From Raillietiella orientalis (lineage: Eukaryota), in assembly GCA_036172245.1 (NCBI GenBank), contig JAYWIR010000005.1, positions 4,402,001-4,466,000 on the forward strand: a DNA stretch of 64,000 nucleotides, in the 5' to 3' direction. Shown here one piece after another: positions 50,200 to 63,960 of the stretch. Made by a program: the position numbers and the translations under genes. The first letter of the stretch is position 1, and each line of letters starts with the position of its first letter. The notes under the pieces are model-generated. The model saw nothing but the letters and a program-made list of their open reading frames with translations. It had not been told where the DNA came from and did not search any database.

Positions 50200-51200
50200 C
50201 CACCAGGTAAAATGGCTTCCCTTTCGACGGAACGCGCGCGCGCGTGTACAACATTCTCGCGAGCTTCGTACGCTCGGCGCGACGAAACGTCCGGCGAGCA
50301 GCGACGGCGGCCACCGCTCCCGAACAACGCCCGCGTGTCTTAGCAACGTCGGTTGCGGGGAGGGCCTCTGCTCCGCGTCCCGACGTCCAACCGACACGAC
50401 GGCTACCCGAAATTCTTTCATCGAAATCGCAAATGGCAAAAACAAAGAAAGGGAGACACACACACAAACACAGCAGCAAAGTTTTTTTTTTTTTTTTTTT
50501 TTACCTTTCCCAAGCAGACACAAGTTGCTTATTTCTCCCTCTGGCACATGAGCACGACACTGACTTTTCGTCTCTCTCTCTCTCTCTTTTTTTTTTCCTT
50601 TCTCGCAACCAGAAGGAACTGCCAGCTACGCCAGGAGTGAGGCGTCTGGAGCGCCGCCGCGGATGGCCATCGCACGCCCGTCGCACTCTCCTCCGCACCC
50701 GCCAGGCAACCGCACCTCGTCGCTACGCGCACGCTACTGAGTGCGGCTCCCTCGCCGGTCGGGATTTTCCTCTCCGTCCTGATCAGCGCGGATGACAAAT
50801 TGCACATGCGAACTCGCTAACATCCTCCGGATTCTTTCCTTTTTTTTCTCTCTCTCTCTCTCTCCCCCTTTTCCTCCTCCTCCTCCCCCCCTCTCGTTCG
50901 GAGGAGGAGGATGCAAACGTTCCCCGTTCGAACAGGCTCTCCTCCTCCTCCTCCGCCGCCGCCGCCGCCGCTGCTGCTGCTGCTGCTGCTGCTGCTGCCC
51001 GTCGATTAAAAATTGCTCCGGATGAAAATCGTCGCCAGGAAGCTGCCGCTTCTTCGGTGCGGATTTCAGGCAGATGGGTTGCGGCTGCGTTTCGAGAGGT
51101 CGGCACCGACGTGCCGCCCAGAGCCCTCCTCCTCCTCCTCACCGGGATCTCGTCCACTTCTGCTGGAGATGAACTTGGTCCTGGAGATCGTTGCGGAATT
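50200..51200 (-). promoter_or_regulatory. CpG-rich island, probable promoter or non-coding first exon of the MOXD1-like gene
   Basis: Locally GC/CpG-rich block 1.3-2.2 kb upstream of the ATG; acceptor-like cttctgcttcag| at 49099 and donor-like AAG|GTAAAA near 50505 suggest a 5' UTR intron. Confidence 0.35.
50939..50998. repeat. Compound trinucleotide microsatellite (CTC)5(CGC)6(TGC)9
   Basis: Read directly from sequence, 60 bp, perfect. Confidence 0.95.
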
Positions 51201-54200
51201 TATACGACTTTAATGGAGATCGTCAAAGCCTTTTTTTTTCCTTTCCCGGCAAGGAGGAGCCCTTCTGTTCCTACGCCAGGATTTAACCCTCGGATGTCGC
51301 GTGCCTCGATTTTTGAAATTTCGGCTCGGACCACGGAACGAAACGCCGGGGATGGCGAGGCTTCAAGGCTAACAAGCTTTCCTTAATTGAAAATCATGAT
51401 TTCTAATTTTCTAATACCTTGTACCGTGTGGCTCCTTCCCCGTAATATATCAATGCATCTGCTGCTTCGAAACGCAATAAAAGAATATAAAAGGAGTGGT
51501 GAATACCTTCAGAATTATGCGCTTTTAATTATTCGGAAAACAGTCCCCCAGGGTGATAAACCATTCGAAGAAGGCCTTTGAGGAAATATTTTAGTGTCAG
51601 GTACGCTGGAAGTTCTCCAGCGGCTGAACATGCAAAGTGAAACATTGGTAACGTTACTCCTGAAATAAAATGGAGGGTATTAGGTTTTAATGTAAGGTCA
51701 ACCCTTAACAGACTCGAGGCACAGTGGATTGCGACCGAGGTTGAAGAAGTCACGTGCGTTGCTTCTTTTCTTTTTTCCTCTTTTTTTTTTTTTTACTTGG
51801 TGCAGGGTTTTGCTGTTCCGGAGCCATCCCGGTTCCTGCTTGGCTGTTTGATATGGGTACAGTCATCTCGCTTTTACTGTCTGTATCTTCAGCTCCACGA
51901 CAAGACGCGCGCTTCTTCTACATAATCAAGACAATAACGCGTGCTGTAAGCAAAGGCACGTAGGTGTTGTTTTTTCCTCCAAGAATTTCTTTCCATGTAT
52001 CCTTCGCAGTCCTCAATTTTTCAAGTTCTGAATCAAGTGCGTCAGGCTTTTTGAAGAGGGATGGATGCTGCTGCCTTTAAGCCATTCCAGGAAAGGTTAT
52101 TTATCGGATAGAAAGATTAAACAGATCCTACTCGGTTGTGACTATGTAGCTTGCTCAGGAACACCTTGTTGCATCTGCTCTTATGGTTCTCGATATATCA
52201 ATCAGAAGCTCTTTTTTTTCTTTTTTTCGAGTGCACATAGAATTCACGACTTTTCTTTTCCGTTACCTTGCGCGCTAGCACTTCGTAAGATACTCAGGAA
52301 AGATCTTTTACAGATTCAAAAACGCACAGGCATCTTCTACCACCGTGCAACAGACCTTGCATTTGTTAAGTGCTCCACAAGAAAAATCGCATCCGCTGAC
52401 GTGCCGTGTTGAAAAATTGATTTTCTTAAAGAATATATATGTTTTTCCTTCCTTTTGACTTCGATGTCTTCGCATCCGTTGATGATGAAAGCCACCTGAG
52501 GTTTCCAGGGAAATCGAAACTGATGACCGGCTAGTGTTGGATTCTCATGCAAATGACCACACGAGCCTCGTATGAGTTCTATCTCGAGTTGCTTAGCTGT
52601 GTGCAAACAGATGTCTGAAAAAACCGAGCGAGGGGCGGCCACTTTCCTTCTAAATCATACGCTCATTCGACTCTACCCCCTTGCTTTTGGGAAACTTTTT
52701 GGCACTGTGAACCCTACCGGAATAATATCATGCAGCAAGAAAAATAGATATTCGTGGGATCCACGTGCTGCGTCATGGATTTTTAAATATTCACTCCATC
52801 ATTTCCAAAACAAAGTCTACAGCAAATGGTGCCAGGACCATTACCGAAGAGGGAATCTACAACGCAATGAGTGAAGAACAGTGACGACGACCGATACCTA
52901 AGAAATGTAGACATTTGAAAGGAAGGGTTTCCAGAACCGGAACAGCGCTCATACGAAATGAACACCTTAGTACTATTATCACAGTATTTTTTTTTTTCTT
53001 CGCAACGTTCAGAAGTTCAAGCTTTCCCGGAATTTCGAGCAGCTTGAAAGAAAAAGTACTGCGATTCCATCAGCGTGCTGGCGTTTGAATCACTTAGAAC
53101 TGAGATCGTTTAGCGATCTGCCATATTAGCTGCCGTGTACTTAGGAGCACAAAGGGGTGCAAAATCGAAAAAACGGTAGTAAGTGCTCCTTCAGAATACA
53201 CTGACCTCCCACGTGATCATTAAGCATCTGAGTCTGAGGAGGAGGAATAAGCTGCCTGACTGCCACCAACTTTCGCTCCAATTTATCGGAAAGAATTCCA
53301 CCATCAGCCTTTTCTCGATTTTCGGGTGTTTCCTTCTTTCTGCAGGCTGATGAGAGAGAGAGAGAGAGCGGCGCTTCCTCTTGCTGCGAAAAGGTTCCCT
53401 ACCATTTCCATCTTCGGAGTCACCATTTCGCGAGCGGCCCTCAAAGAACGCCCTTCGCACTTCCCGAGATTCCGTCTGGAAGCCACCACTCTACCCTCAA
53501 AAGCTTCTACCGTCGAAAAGGGTGAGCGAGCGCTCCTGGTTCGCAGGCATCCGCAGGAGCAACACTGTGCAATTCGGACGTCCATGGAGACTTGCGTCCG
53601 TTGTCGCCGCGAGACGAAGGGCATTTCAGAAGCTGATGAGCGCCGCCGATTCCGAGCTGCGCGGTGCTGCGGATCTCACCCCTCCCGCCCAGTGACGTCA
53701 TTTCCCACGAAAATGCGCGAGGCAGCGTTTTCGCGCTCGTTCTAGAAAAATCTTCCTGCCATTGTTGACTCGGGAACCCCTTAGCCTAGCATCCAATTGT
53801 TTGGGGGGACGTTTTTTCGCGGGTTCTATTTTTAACTTCCCTATTAAAGAAAGAAGTGCGCGCCGTTTAGGTCGGTGGGGATTTGTTCACGTCTCTTTAA
53901 CCTTGTGACCCAAAATAAAAAAAAAAAAAAAACTCGTGCTTTCATCCTGGATAACCCAAGAACTACAAGTACCAAGATTCAGTTTGACGTCAGCGTGTAC
54001 GTATTTTCGAGTAAAGTAACGTACAATTTTGGTGGCGAACGCGATGCCGCGTCCTCGGCGTCGTTCTGCGGTGGTTGCGCACTTGCTGGAAATGGAAGTG
54101 TCGCACCCGATTGTGCCGGGCGTGTTGCAGCACCCCAGAACACACGTTCCTGCTGAAGATCGTCTCTCAGAATCCATCCATCTCGGAAGACACCGGTTTC

Positions 54201-54649
54201 CCCAGGCTTAGGAAATGTCCTGCCATGCGAAACGGAACGTTTCTGGTTCGGGAGCGCGCCGTCGCCAAACGTTGCTGTCTCAAGTGCGTCCTGATTGCTC
54301 CCGAAAAGAAACCTGATACATGAACACGTACGTTTTTGCATGAAAGTGTGCTTCAGGAAGTGTCGATACTTCGTGATGTGTCGGGACCGCGACGCGTATC
54401 ATGAATTTGTCGGAATGATAATCTGGAAGAACGGGAGGTAGTGAACAGAATGAGGGAGAAGGATTTTTTCCCTTTTCGCGTTAATGCATACCCATATTGA
54501 GAGATGTGGAAACATGTGCACAGCATCTCATGCCAGTTTGCAGTCGGATTGGTTTCCTCCGTTCATGATTCAGTCTGGAATATCCTTGCAGCTCTTGTGA
54601 AAACAATTCCTCAAGGAAATGCTCCCCCCCCCCCCGCGTGGGCTTCCAG

Positions 54650-54910
54650 AGCATTGTGGGGAAGCAATATTCGTGTACGTGCACGCACAGAATCCCTATT
54701 GTCGACGTTGCATGTGAACTGCATAAAAAAGTCAGCATGGGCATAAAGGAATTCCAGCTGGATGCTGGTGCTTCTTTTTTGCGTTTTGTTTCCACGTTCA
54801 GACAAGCAGGAGATGCGGAGACTGTAGTTTTTCAGAACGTAGATCACCACTCACCAGTCATACGAGAACCATTGGAAACATGGATGCACAAAGACATTAA
54901 CTACTTACCG
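54650..54910 (+). mobile_element. Possible decayed Penelope-like GIY-YIG endonuclease fragment
   Basis: YSCTC...VSMGIKEF...AETVVFQNVDHHSPVIREPLETWMHKDIN resembles PLE C-terminal CxC...RIKEH...IRE..EI..H..IN; YIG core not retained. Confidence 0.3.
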
Positions 54911-57900
54911 GATTATTTATTACATAAAACGAGATGATGAATTTTTAACAGCAGTATTTTCTTGCATTAATCACGAAGTAATGATGGATATTTTCACGTG
55001 TTTGGTACACAGGCCGGAGAAGGGAAGGGAGTTCAGAAATTTGTACCCTAACGATGGATCCGGTTCCCAGGATGTTCCCAATATGTTTATATTGAATCTT
55101 TGGAAACGAGTCTTCCAGAAAATAGTACTGACGGAACCCTCGTCTCTTGGAAGCGCGGGGAGGTCGATGGGTACGCGCGCATGTGTTCCCAATCGAACTA
55201 TCATTCGTCTCTGGATTCGGAAAGATGAAACATCGGTGATTATCGGGTGCCAGGATTCCTGGTTAGAAAAAATATCGTCTCTGACTGGCGATGGAAGCAG
55301 CATGCACATAGTGGGCTGGAAAGAAGCTGGAACTAATGCAAAAGAGCTGTTGCACGTGCCCTGCACCCAGCTTACGATGGGAAAGTTTGGTCTTCAGAGC
55401 TCATCGATTCGAAGATCTTCCGAGAAATCTTCCCGAAATCTGTTCTCTTTTCTTCAAAAATCTTTTCGGCATGCCCCACAAGGCAATCGATAGTGCGCAG
55501 CATTGACGACAAGGTTCGACAACACGCGAAGAGTACATTGCTCATAATTTTTAGGAGAGCCATCCTGGAGAGGCTAATGCAAATTAACTCCTCTTTCTAC
55601 TATGCAGTCTGCGTTGATCATGATTACGTGGCAGAAGTAAAGGTGGAAGTTTCCACAGCTCGCAGCTACAAGAATTCGTTGACGGATTTCCTTCTTTTGT
55701 TTTTCAAACTGCTCTAAAAGAATGTTCCAACAAGAATTCTTTTGTTCGAGAAGAATCCAACGTCTTTCGGATTATCATGAATTCTGCAGAAGTGTGCGAG
55801 CAAACTTTGAAAGGATCTTTTGCATGCAATGAAGTTTCCTTTTGTGTGGTCTTTTAACGGATATTTAAGCTTCCAAAATATCGATTCGCCGTTCTTTTAA
55901 CAAACTATCGAAGCTGCGAATCGGCGTGTCGAAACGTGTGCCGACATTCGTCCCGCTCTTAAACCCCTATTAAATTTGACACGCGCGCGCACAGCAGCTG
56001 CCACGCTTTTGATTCCCATTCCTGACATTTCACTCGGGAGTCAGATATTCCCCATTTATGCAAAATTCCTTGGATTCGCACAATAGATGGGCATTACTCG
56101 GGAAACGGGTGCATGACCCCGTGCACATGTCGTCAGAGCTTCACCGTCTTCACGGCCGTCCTAACATTCGGCGGTCGTCTGGCGTGTCACTTAGCACGGC
56201 GCCTGCGCGCGAAGCGTTTCCACTCGGAGGCCGGGCCGTCACGTACCGCCTTTCCGCGTGGCCACCGAGTTCCCTTGCCGATCGCCTTGGAGACGGTGGG
56301 TTCCAACCAGGAAACGGTGGACACATGGTGTTTGACGGCGTTGGCAGCGGTGCTGCGCTCTAGCGCAACCGACGACGAGTAGCGCTTACTCGGCACGGAC
56401 GATTTGCAAGTGAGGTGCAAGCGTTTGAGGGCTGCACCACATTTTGCAAACAGCTGTTGTTGCGTGAAAATAATCCTATTCAAGAAATGCAAGCCGCAAA
56501 CTTCTCTGCATAACTACGTATGACAAAATCTAATTCGTTTTTTTCCTTTCCTCCTTTTATTCTTCCCTCCTGTTAGCAGAGTATTATAGTCATGAATTCT
56601 TTCCAAGCAGCTATTTTTAGACCTATTATCTAAATGAGCAGAGCTTACGAGGCGTTGAAATCTCGAGCTCCCTGATTGCTACGACATCCCGCATCACTAA
56701 TATGAAGGAGTGTCCTCGTTTTAGAATTACTTCATGGAGCACACGCAGACTTGAACAGGCTGGTGAGCCTTTGCGAAACCTGTGATGTGAAATAAGTTGC
56801 CCCTGTGGCGCGAGTGACCTACGTTCGAAAAACGACTCGTTTTAAATTAGATCTCCGGTTTGGAATTCCTCCTATTCTCATGTTTCAAATAGGTCGATTC
56901 ATTCACCGTTCGGAGAGCTGTCGCGCTTTCAGCGTCCAGAACGAAAACTCGCTGTCCAGAAACACATTGTACTGTCACAGTCGTTTTATGTTTAATGACG
57001 CTGTACTAAAATCACAATTAATTCATGAATTCACGATGAGATTCCCTAATTCTGGGGAACCATGGGTCGTGATTCCATATCAAGCTCAATCCGATTCTCA
57101 AGGAGTAAGGAATCAGCGAACTTCTTTTCCTGCCTGTAAATTGATATTCGTTATTCTCGAAGAAAATCGTCATTCTGGGTTTCAAGAGAATCGTAGAAGT
57201 TTTAAAAGAAAAAATAGCAGAGTGTGAAATAACGTCGCAAATAGAAGTATGGAAATTTCATTCGACGCTGTTGCTATTTCTGATTGCCATCGGACTTTCC
57301 ATCCTTACTCGTTCTTCGAGAATTTAATGAATTTAAATTCCCTGATAGGAAAGGCCTCGTTATTTATTTGCGATGACAGCAAATCACACGGAACGTTCAT
57401 TCCAACTTTCCATTCCGTGTGACGAGCATCACGTGCATTGCAACACATCGACATTTCATGACGGAAACACCATAATTCATTCACCATAAACAATTCTTTC
57501 GTAGGGCCAATTCTGAGAATGCCGCATGCAAGTAATCACCTTGATGTAGGTAGGCTTGCTTATTCGTGTCTAATTACGCCGGCTCACTAATAAAGCAGCA
57601 GCACTAAATGCGTAATTTGAAAACCTTAAAATAAGCTCGTCTGCGGACTTCACCATGCTCGCGACTTCCAGTTCTTTAGAAATCCGTGTGAGTGCTCCAG
57701 CAAGGATTCTGATTTGGCACAATTTAATGGCTTTTTTAGCGACCTGATTGTGCAACCGGGTTATGCAAACAGGCAGGAATGCAGAAACATCTTTAGATTT
57801 TTTTTTTTTTTTTTTTTTTTTTAGGGGAGGGGGGAGGATATAGATGCCTGTTCTCCGGGGCTTTCTATTTGGATTCTGGAAGAACGAAATGTGTAATGTG

Positions 57901-60187
57901 TGTGTGTGTATGTGTGTGTTTGTCTTCCTTCCGTGCCTTGCAAACATTTCGTGCTTTTTTCCCCATTACTTCGTGTTTCCGTACTGCAGCGATACCGAAG
58001 CACTTCAGAAATGCAGGCAATCCTATCGAGGAAAGACCTGCGGACCCCAAAGAACGAGGAACCCTCAAGTTTGTATACTTGCAGAAAATAAACTCGAACA
58101 GATTAGCTGGAAAGTTTTAGATTGATGAAGGACTTCAAGGAACACGTGCCTGATATCTTTTCCGGCTGTGAATGGAACAGATAACCCGTGCTGAGCTCGA
58201 GATTTCTGCTCTTTGCCTAGCGACGTGGCGCGGGAAAACCAGTGGTGCACCGATCTGCGCCGATAACATTGCGCCTGAAAATCTGAAATCATCGTGAAAA
58301 GATAATACACACAGATGGATACCGATGGAGGAGGTTACTCTCTCTGGCTTTCGTTGCATGCGCTACCCATCGTGAACGTCTGCACAAGAACGGTTGACCG
58401 TTCGTCGGAAGTACCGCGGAGGAGGGAGCGATTCCGCCGACGTAGAATCGGACGCCAGGAAGCGCGCGTGGTGACAACACCGCAGGATGCGACCGTTCCG
58501 TGAGAGAAGACGCATCACGTTCTTCCTTTTTTCGGTTCTTGCAGGTTCAGCAAAAAGGTGAGCGGATCTTTTCCACTCGTTCCACGTTTCTTCCAAGTGC
58601 TTTTTGTCCCCACTGCTATTCAGATGGAAAGCGTGACCGTCTCGGAAGTCGAGGGAAGAACGCATCCGCGAAACACCACAGAGACTCGAAGTGTGTTGCT
58701 GTTATGTTTGTGAAATTTAATCCAGCGGCGTTCCCCCCTTCCCCCCCCCCCCTCTCCACTCGGAGGCATTTCATTTTTTTTTTCCTTTTTCGGGGCCCGT
58801 CTTACAAGATTGCGTTTGAACAAGGGAGTGCTCATGCAGTGGCTTCGCCTTCTTCGAGAGGGGCCAGTGCTGCTGCTGACTCACGGTTCATTACTTCGTA
58901 AACCCGTTCCACGCTGTGGAAGCATCTGATGTTTCAATCAAATGGACATATATTTCTCATTGTGACAATACCTCACGTTCCGTGACATTTCTTTTCAGGC
59001 TCCTCTTGTTTTTTTGGTCCCATTCGCTCTGGGAAGAGCACACCACCGCTGAAGATTCCCATCTAGATAAGATGCAATAATGGGGTATCAGAAGCAATCT
59101 GCAGAAATAAATTTCGCGAATTTATTCTTTAATGTCTGAGGTAACCGTCGCTCTTCCGAAAATTGAAACTTTCTTCTCCTTCCGAATTGAACGCTTTGGT
59201 ACTCACGTCTCCTCCTACCGGTATCATGGTAGCGGTGCCCGGTTTTTGCCGCACTCCAGTGAGAGGACGTTGACGAAGAGTCGATGCGTATTCTCCGGAC
59301 GCGTGGAACCCCTGCGAGCTCGGAAGCGGTCCATCCGCATGCGGAGTGGAACCATTAGGTGTCGGGAGTTCGAGAGAGAGAAATTTTATTAGCGTCTCGA
59401 AGCTCCCATGGTAAAGCATACATCCGACTCTCCGCTCTTCCCTGATGCCATCCACAAATAAATGAAGTTTCGTAAAGCACCTAGAGAGTCGCTCCTCCTT
59501 TTAATACATAGAACTTTTGGAAAGCGTCTTCTTCCCTGCCTGTGCGGAGCGAGGACAAAACACCTCCTGCAACACTTGCGTAATCATCCTTTTATTGCTC
59601 GGTTTTTACAGGTTCCGAAATGCCTCTATAAAAATGGAGGCAAGGCTCTTTGAGGTCTGTTAACTCATTAAGGAATCCAAGAAAGAAAGCAAATTGAGAT
59701 CTAATGGCGTTCTTCATCGCATCCCGTGCCACTGCCTTAGAAGGTTTTGACGCAGCCGCGCTGTCGAATCGAAGCACGGGGACTCTCTCCCGTTCGGGTT
59801 CCCGCCGTTCCGGCAGCAGCTGCCGGAGCTGCAAGGGCAGGCGGAACGCGGAGCGGAGGATAACGGGAGCGCGATTTTTTCCCTGCTTCCCGCTTCCACT
59901 CTTCCTGGAGCTTTGACTGATGGAGACCCTGAGCGTAGGTGCTGAGAGGCTGATGGTCCACCGAGGGACAGGTTCGCGCAGATTGAAGGTTCGTTTTATC
60001 GAATGAGAAGGCGGCGCTAATTGCCAGAGATCCCAGGAAGTGTCGCAGGATCCATTTTTCATCTTCCATCACGGGGACCTGCAGACAGCTCAAGGAACCA
60101 TCGAGGGGATTTTCCCTTCCTGCTGATTTGCGCCGCAGTCTGGGACAACGGGCGCGCGCGTCGCCTACCAAAGGAGCCCGCTCTGGC

Positions 60188-60253
60188 GTCCGCGTGGCTG
60201 CTGCGATCTCCGCGCGACACCACGCGTTGCGGGTTCGAATCCCGCCCGGGGGG
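60188..60253 (+). other. tRNA-like T-arm/Pol III B-box (pseudo-tRNA or SINE head relic)
   Basis: Perfect T stem-loop GCGGG-TTCGAAT-CCCGC at 60229-60245; weak A-box tggctgctgcg upstream; acceptor and anticodon stems do not pair. Confidence 0.3.
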
Positions 60254-60379
60254 AAGGATCGACGCTGACAATGAGGGGTGCGTGATGGCTTTCGAGTCTC
60301 CCCACCACAGGGTGACTCTGGTTTGGCACTGGTTGAAGTCGGATGCCCCCGTTGACCGGCGGGGATTGCAAGTTGACCC

Positions 60380-60880
60380 TCTGGGATCCTTCCAGGAATC
60401 AAGGGGCCCTTCAGGGTTCCCCTACGGCTGCGAAAATGGACTCCCCATCGCGTACCGTGGAGCTGGTCGATAATTCCCTCTGGGGAGGGGGGGGGGGTTT
60501 GCCTTTCCACAGGGTGTAAGAAACGAGCTGCTCCCTCCGGGGTGCGCCCTTCTGGGAAATCTGGAAGCGTCCCTTCGTGGTTCTCTTCAGAGGAGGAGGA
60601 AACCAGGAGGGATTCCCTTGCGGGTTCCCTCCGGAGAAGAAATTCCAAGAGCAGATCCTTTCCGGGTTCCCTTCGGAGACCCCCACCGAAAGGAGTCCCT
60701 CTGGAAGAAATAAGGAAGGGGCACAACCAGGAGACAACTTCAGTGGGAACAGGGGAGGGAATCAGGATGTCTCCGAAGTCCCCAGCCGAGAGGACTTCGG
60801 AGACAACCAGGGCGGGATTTCCCTACTAAGCGTAAGAGGAACGGCGGACTCTCCATCCTCTGAAGTCTTCCTGGATCGAA
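60380..60880 (+). repeat. Degenerate minisatellite (aaccagg/gggttcccttcgg units, NQxGFPxGFP-like), homologous to window positions 1-120
   Basis: Repeated gg(g/a)ttccc units at ~60414, 60610, 60622, 60664; 60795-60844 aligns with 21-93. Confidence 0.6.
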
Positions 60881-61649
60881 AGAAGCGATTCGTGGAGAGA
60901 TGGATTGTTTCAGCATCTCGCCGTAAATGGGAGGAGGGCTGGGGCGCTGCATCTCCTCGCTCCCTCAGCACAGAGTTCATTACCGCTCTGCAGCCGCCCT
61001 CAAGCATCCTCCAAGTCTGCTGCAGCACATGGCGAAAAGAGAGCTGCTGCTGCTCGCGGAGCACGAGGAGGAGCCGTCTGGATCCACTCTTCTGAGTTGT
61101 CCCTTCGATGCGGAGGCGCTCCCCTTTCCAAGCCATGGGGGGAAGACAAACAGATGGCGGGCGGGCGAGGTGGCTGCTGCTGCCACAACTTCGTTCGGCT
61201 TCGCCCGCGCGAGGGGTGGCAGGGCAACGACGACGCCCGGCCGCTTGCCAAACTGCCTCCACGGATTGGGGAGGGGGGGAGGTCGGCTGGAATCGCTGAA
61301 CCCTCCAAAGGGAGCAACCGAAGAACAACAACTGCAGCAAGGAGGACCCTCCCTCTATCTTCCGGGAAGCGATTTCCCGAGGGACACGCGCGCTCACCTG
61401 CATCTCTTCCGCAAGGCATGAGCGCACTCCCCACGCAGGAGCGCCGCTTCGTGCGCGCCGATCGAGAGGATCCTCCAGACCGACGGGAGGAAACAGGGCG
61501 AATAGGATGGAGGAGCCGATTCGCCGATGTCGCTGCGTGCCTGGACGGGGTGGAGGTGCTTCCAGCTGCAGACAGCGAGTTCTCGCCCTGGAGTCTAAAT
61601 TACAGCCAAAAAAAAAAAAGGCGCAGACCGTTCCCTGGGGGTACGGCAA

Positions 61650-61960
61650 CAGAGGCGCCGCGCGGAACTATCCGTGCGGCGACGAGTGATCTGCTGAGGT
61701 GCGTCTGCGGATGGCACCAGAAACCACGTGTCCGCGCTAACATGGAGATGCGAGGGGCCCTTTTTATGGAGCAACGGTTAGCGCGCTGCGAGAGCGGGGA
61801 CTGCCGGTTTCCGGGAAACGCGATCTGCCCCAGGTGCGCATCAGGCGTCTGCGCGAGCACTTCGGCTGGCGTAGGAGTCCGCAGGCTTGAATGGAATGGC
61901 GCAGAGCCGGAAGCCATTGGACGAACCTCCCTCGAACGCGCGCCTCTACCAACGACTTCC
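61650..61960 (+). pseudogene. Decayed ankyrin-repeat-like relic
   Basis: RAATSDLLRCV...RANMEMRG and NGAEPEAIGRTSLERA (61895-61942). Confidence 0.35.
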
Positions 61961-63589
61961 CCTCTCCCTCCCCCCCGATGATCGCCTCATCCTGAATCTA
62001 GGTCCCGTGCTCGTTCTCTGGAGCGAGGGCTTCAAAGCCCGGAAGCCGCATAAGACATTCGGTGCCCCGCGTAACCAACCGCACAGCCGCCAGAGCCGTG
62101 GCGCACGCGCTTGTGTCCAGGTCGCGAATTTCCTGTGCACGGGATTTCCGAGGAGAGCGAGTCAGCTGCAGGTCGGTTTTTTTCTGCCTCTCGGGGACGC
62201 CGAGCCCTTCCGGTTCTGCGGCCGCGGAAGTCCCGGTGCGCCACGCCAGCCAGCATCGAATCCCCGGATGGCCTTCGCCGCCCCAGACAGGATTTTCTCC
62301 GCGGGTCGCTCGCCCAGGAGGAGGAAGCGCAGAGGGAAGGGTCGCACCCTCGTGTGAGGAGCCGCAGGGGTCCCGCGGAAACGCGAATCCAGGCATTCCG
62401 ATCGGATGGCGCGCCTCCGTCTTTCTCCGGAAACGCCCTCGCGCTATCTGAAAAGCGTTTGCCGAGCCGCTGTGAGCCTCGTCGGACCGCTAGAGGGCAA
62501 GGAGGGACCTGAGACACGTGGAGATTCCTGTTTCCTTGCCCCCCTCTCCCTACCTCCTTACATCATCCCTTCCCCGTTTTTTCACCGTAAGAAATGCAAG
62601 CAGGGAAAGCTGCGTTTGTTCCCGAGAAGCGTGCATCGCGCGCGCGCAAGCGCGCGGGCCAAAATTCGATGCCTACCTGTTGTGACGTCACTGCAACGGA
62701 ACCGAACGGCGCAAACGCGTCTGCGCGGCTGAAGGAAGGATGTGGAGGGGGGGGGGGGGGTGACGCTTCGCTATCCGCGAGGGAGCGTGCATTCCTGCGC
62801 CTGCGCTATCTCCCGTTCGGCCGCCGTCGACTTCGCGGGATGGCGGGAAAACCTCACTGCTTGAATTCGCTTAAGGATGTTGCTGCTGCCGCCGCTGCTG
62901 ACTGCGCCGAGGCGAGGGAGCGCCTGCCATCGGCTTCTCTTGGCTCCAATCGTGCGCCATAAGATGGAAGATGGGCCCCTGCCACCGGGTCCCAAGGTCG
63001 GACGCTTCTCCCGCCGTGGACTTCACCGTTCTCCGGTCAAATCCCTCACTCTGCAGACGAGGGGAGGGGGAAGAACCCGGTGCCGTGAAGGAAGCAAGGA
63101 AAGTCGGGAACCAGATACCTCGTAAGGATATTCCAGGGCACGTGCGCAGAACGCAGCGGCACACGCTGCGGGCCTGATGACTCGAAGACGCCATCGCGGG
63201 TTCCCCATGGAGTCCAAAAGCGGGATCGAAAAGGAAGTGCTCCGGGGAGTCCCCTCTCGCCTCGGTTGGTGGAGCGCGCGGTCCTGACCGGAGCTGCGAG
63301 GTCACCGGTTGTGCAGGCCGAGGTCACCGGGCCCATCCAGGGAAGTTGTCCGCAGCTCCGTGGGGCTCCGCCGCCACCTTCCTTCCGTCGTTGCCGTCCG
63401 AGAGGCAAAGCGGACCCGAGGATGGGGGGGGGTTCGCCTTGGCCTCATCCGTGGGTGGTCCATCCGGCGAAGCCCTCATTCCTTCTCGCCTTTCTCCCCT
63501 AGGTGCGTCGACTCCCGGCACAGTTGCCAAGTTCGACTCCTGCGCCGCCGTGCGGAGAAAAAGTGAACGAGGAGGGGAGAGAAGGAGCT

Positions 63590-63960
63590 CTGTGTCCGTT
63601 CTGCTGCTTCTGGCTGGTGGCAGTCTTCCTGACCTCTCTCTGAGGAGAACTGGAGACCGACGCAGAGGGGACTCGCAACCCTTTGGCACCCTCCGGGTGG
63701 AGCTTCTAGGCGAATCGCCCCCGTGCACGTCCGGAGGGGTCAAATCCGCCGCCGGAAAGCCCGCCCGAGCCACTGGCAGCACTGACGTAGAGGGCCGTTG
63801 ACCCCTCCCTGCTTACTCCCTCAGTGACCTCTCGTTCCCTCATGCCCTCCTTCGGTCAGTCGGTCGACCTCTCATCAAGGATTCGTGGCTCACTCCTGCG
63901 GCTCGTCGGGAGACGTGAGGGTTCTACCTGACCTTGGCTGAGGGCAGCAATCCGCCTATC
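63590..63960 (+). pseudogene. Ankyrin-repeat pseudogene fragment with in-frame stops
   Basis: One frame: VLLLLAGGSLPD...TDVEGR*PL...ALLRSVGRPLIKDSWLTPA...*...LAEGSNP. Confidence 0.4.

Noticed and set aside
54981..55493. 170-aa ATG-initiated ORF upstream of the gene
   Set aside because: No recognisable domain; an ORF of this length can arise by chance across ~26 kb of six-frame sequence.
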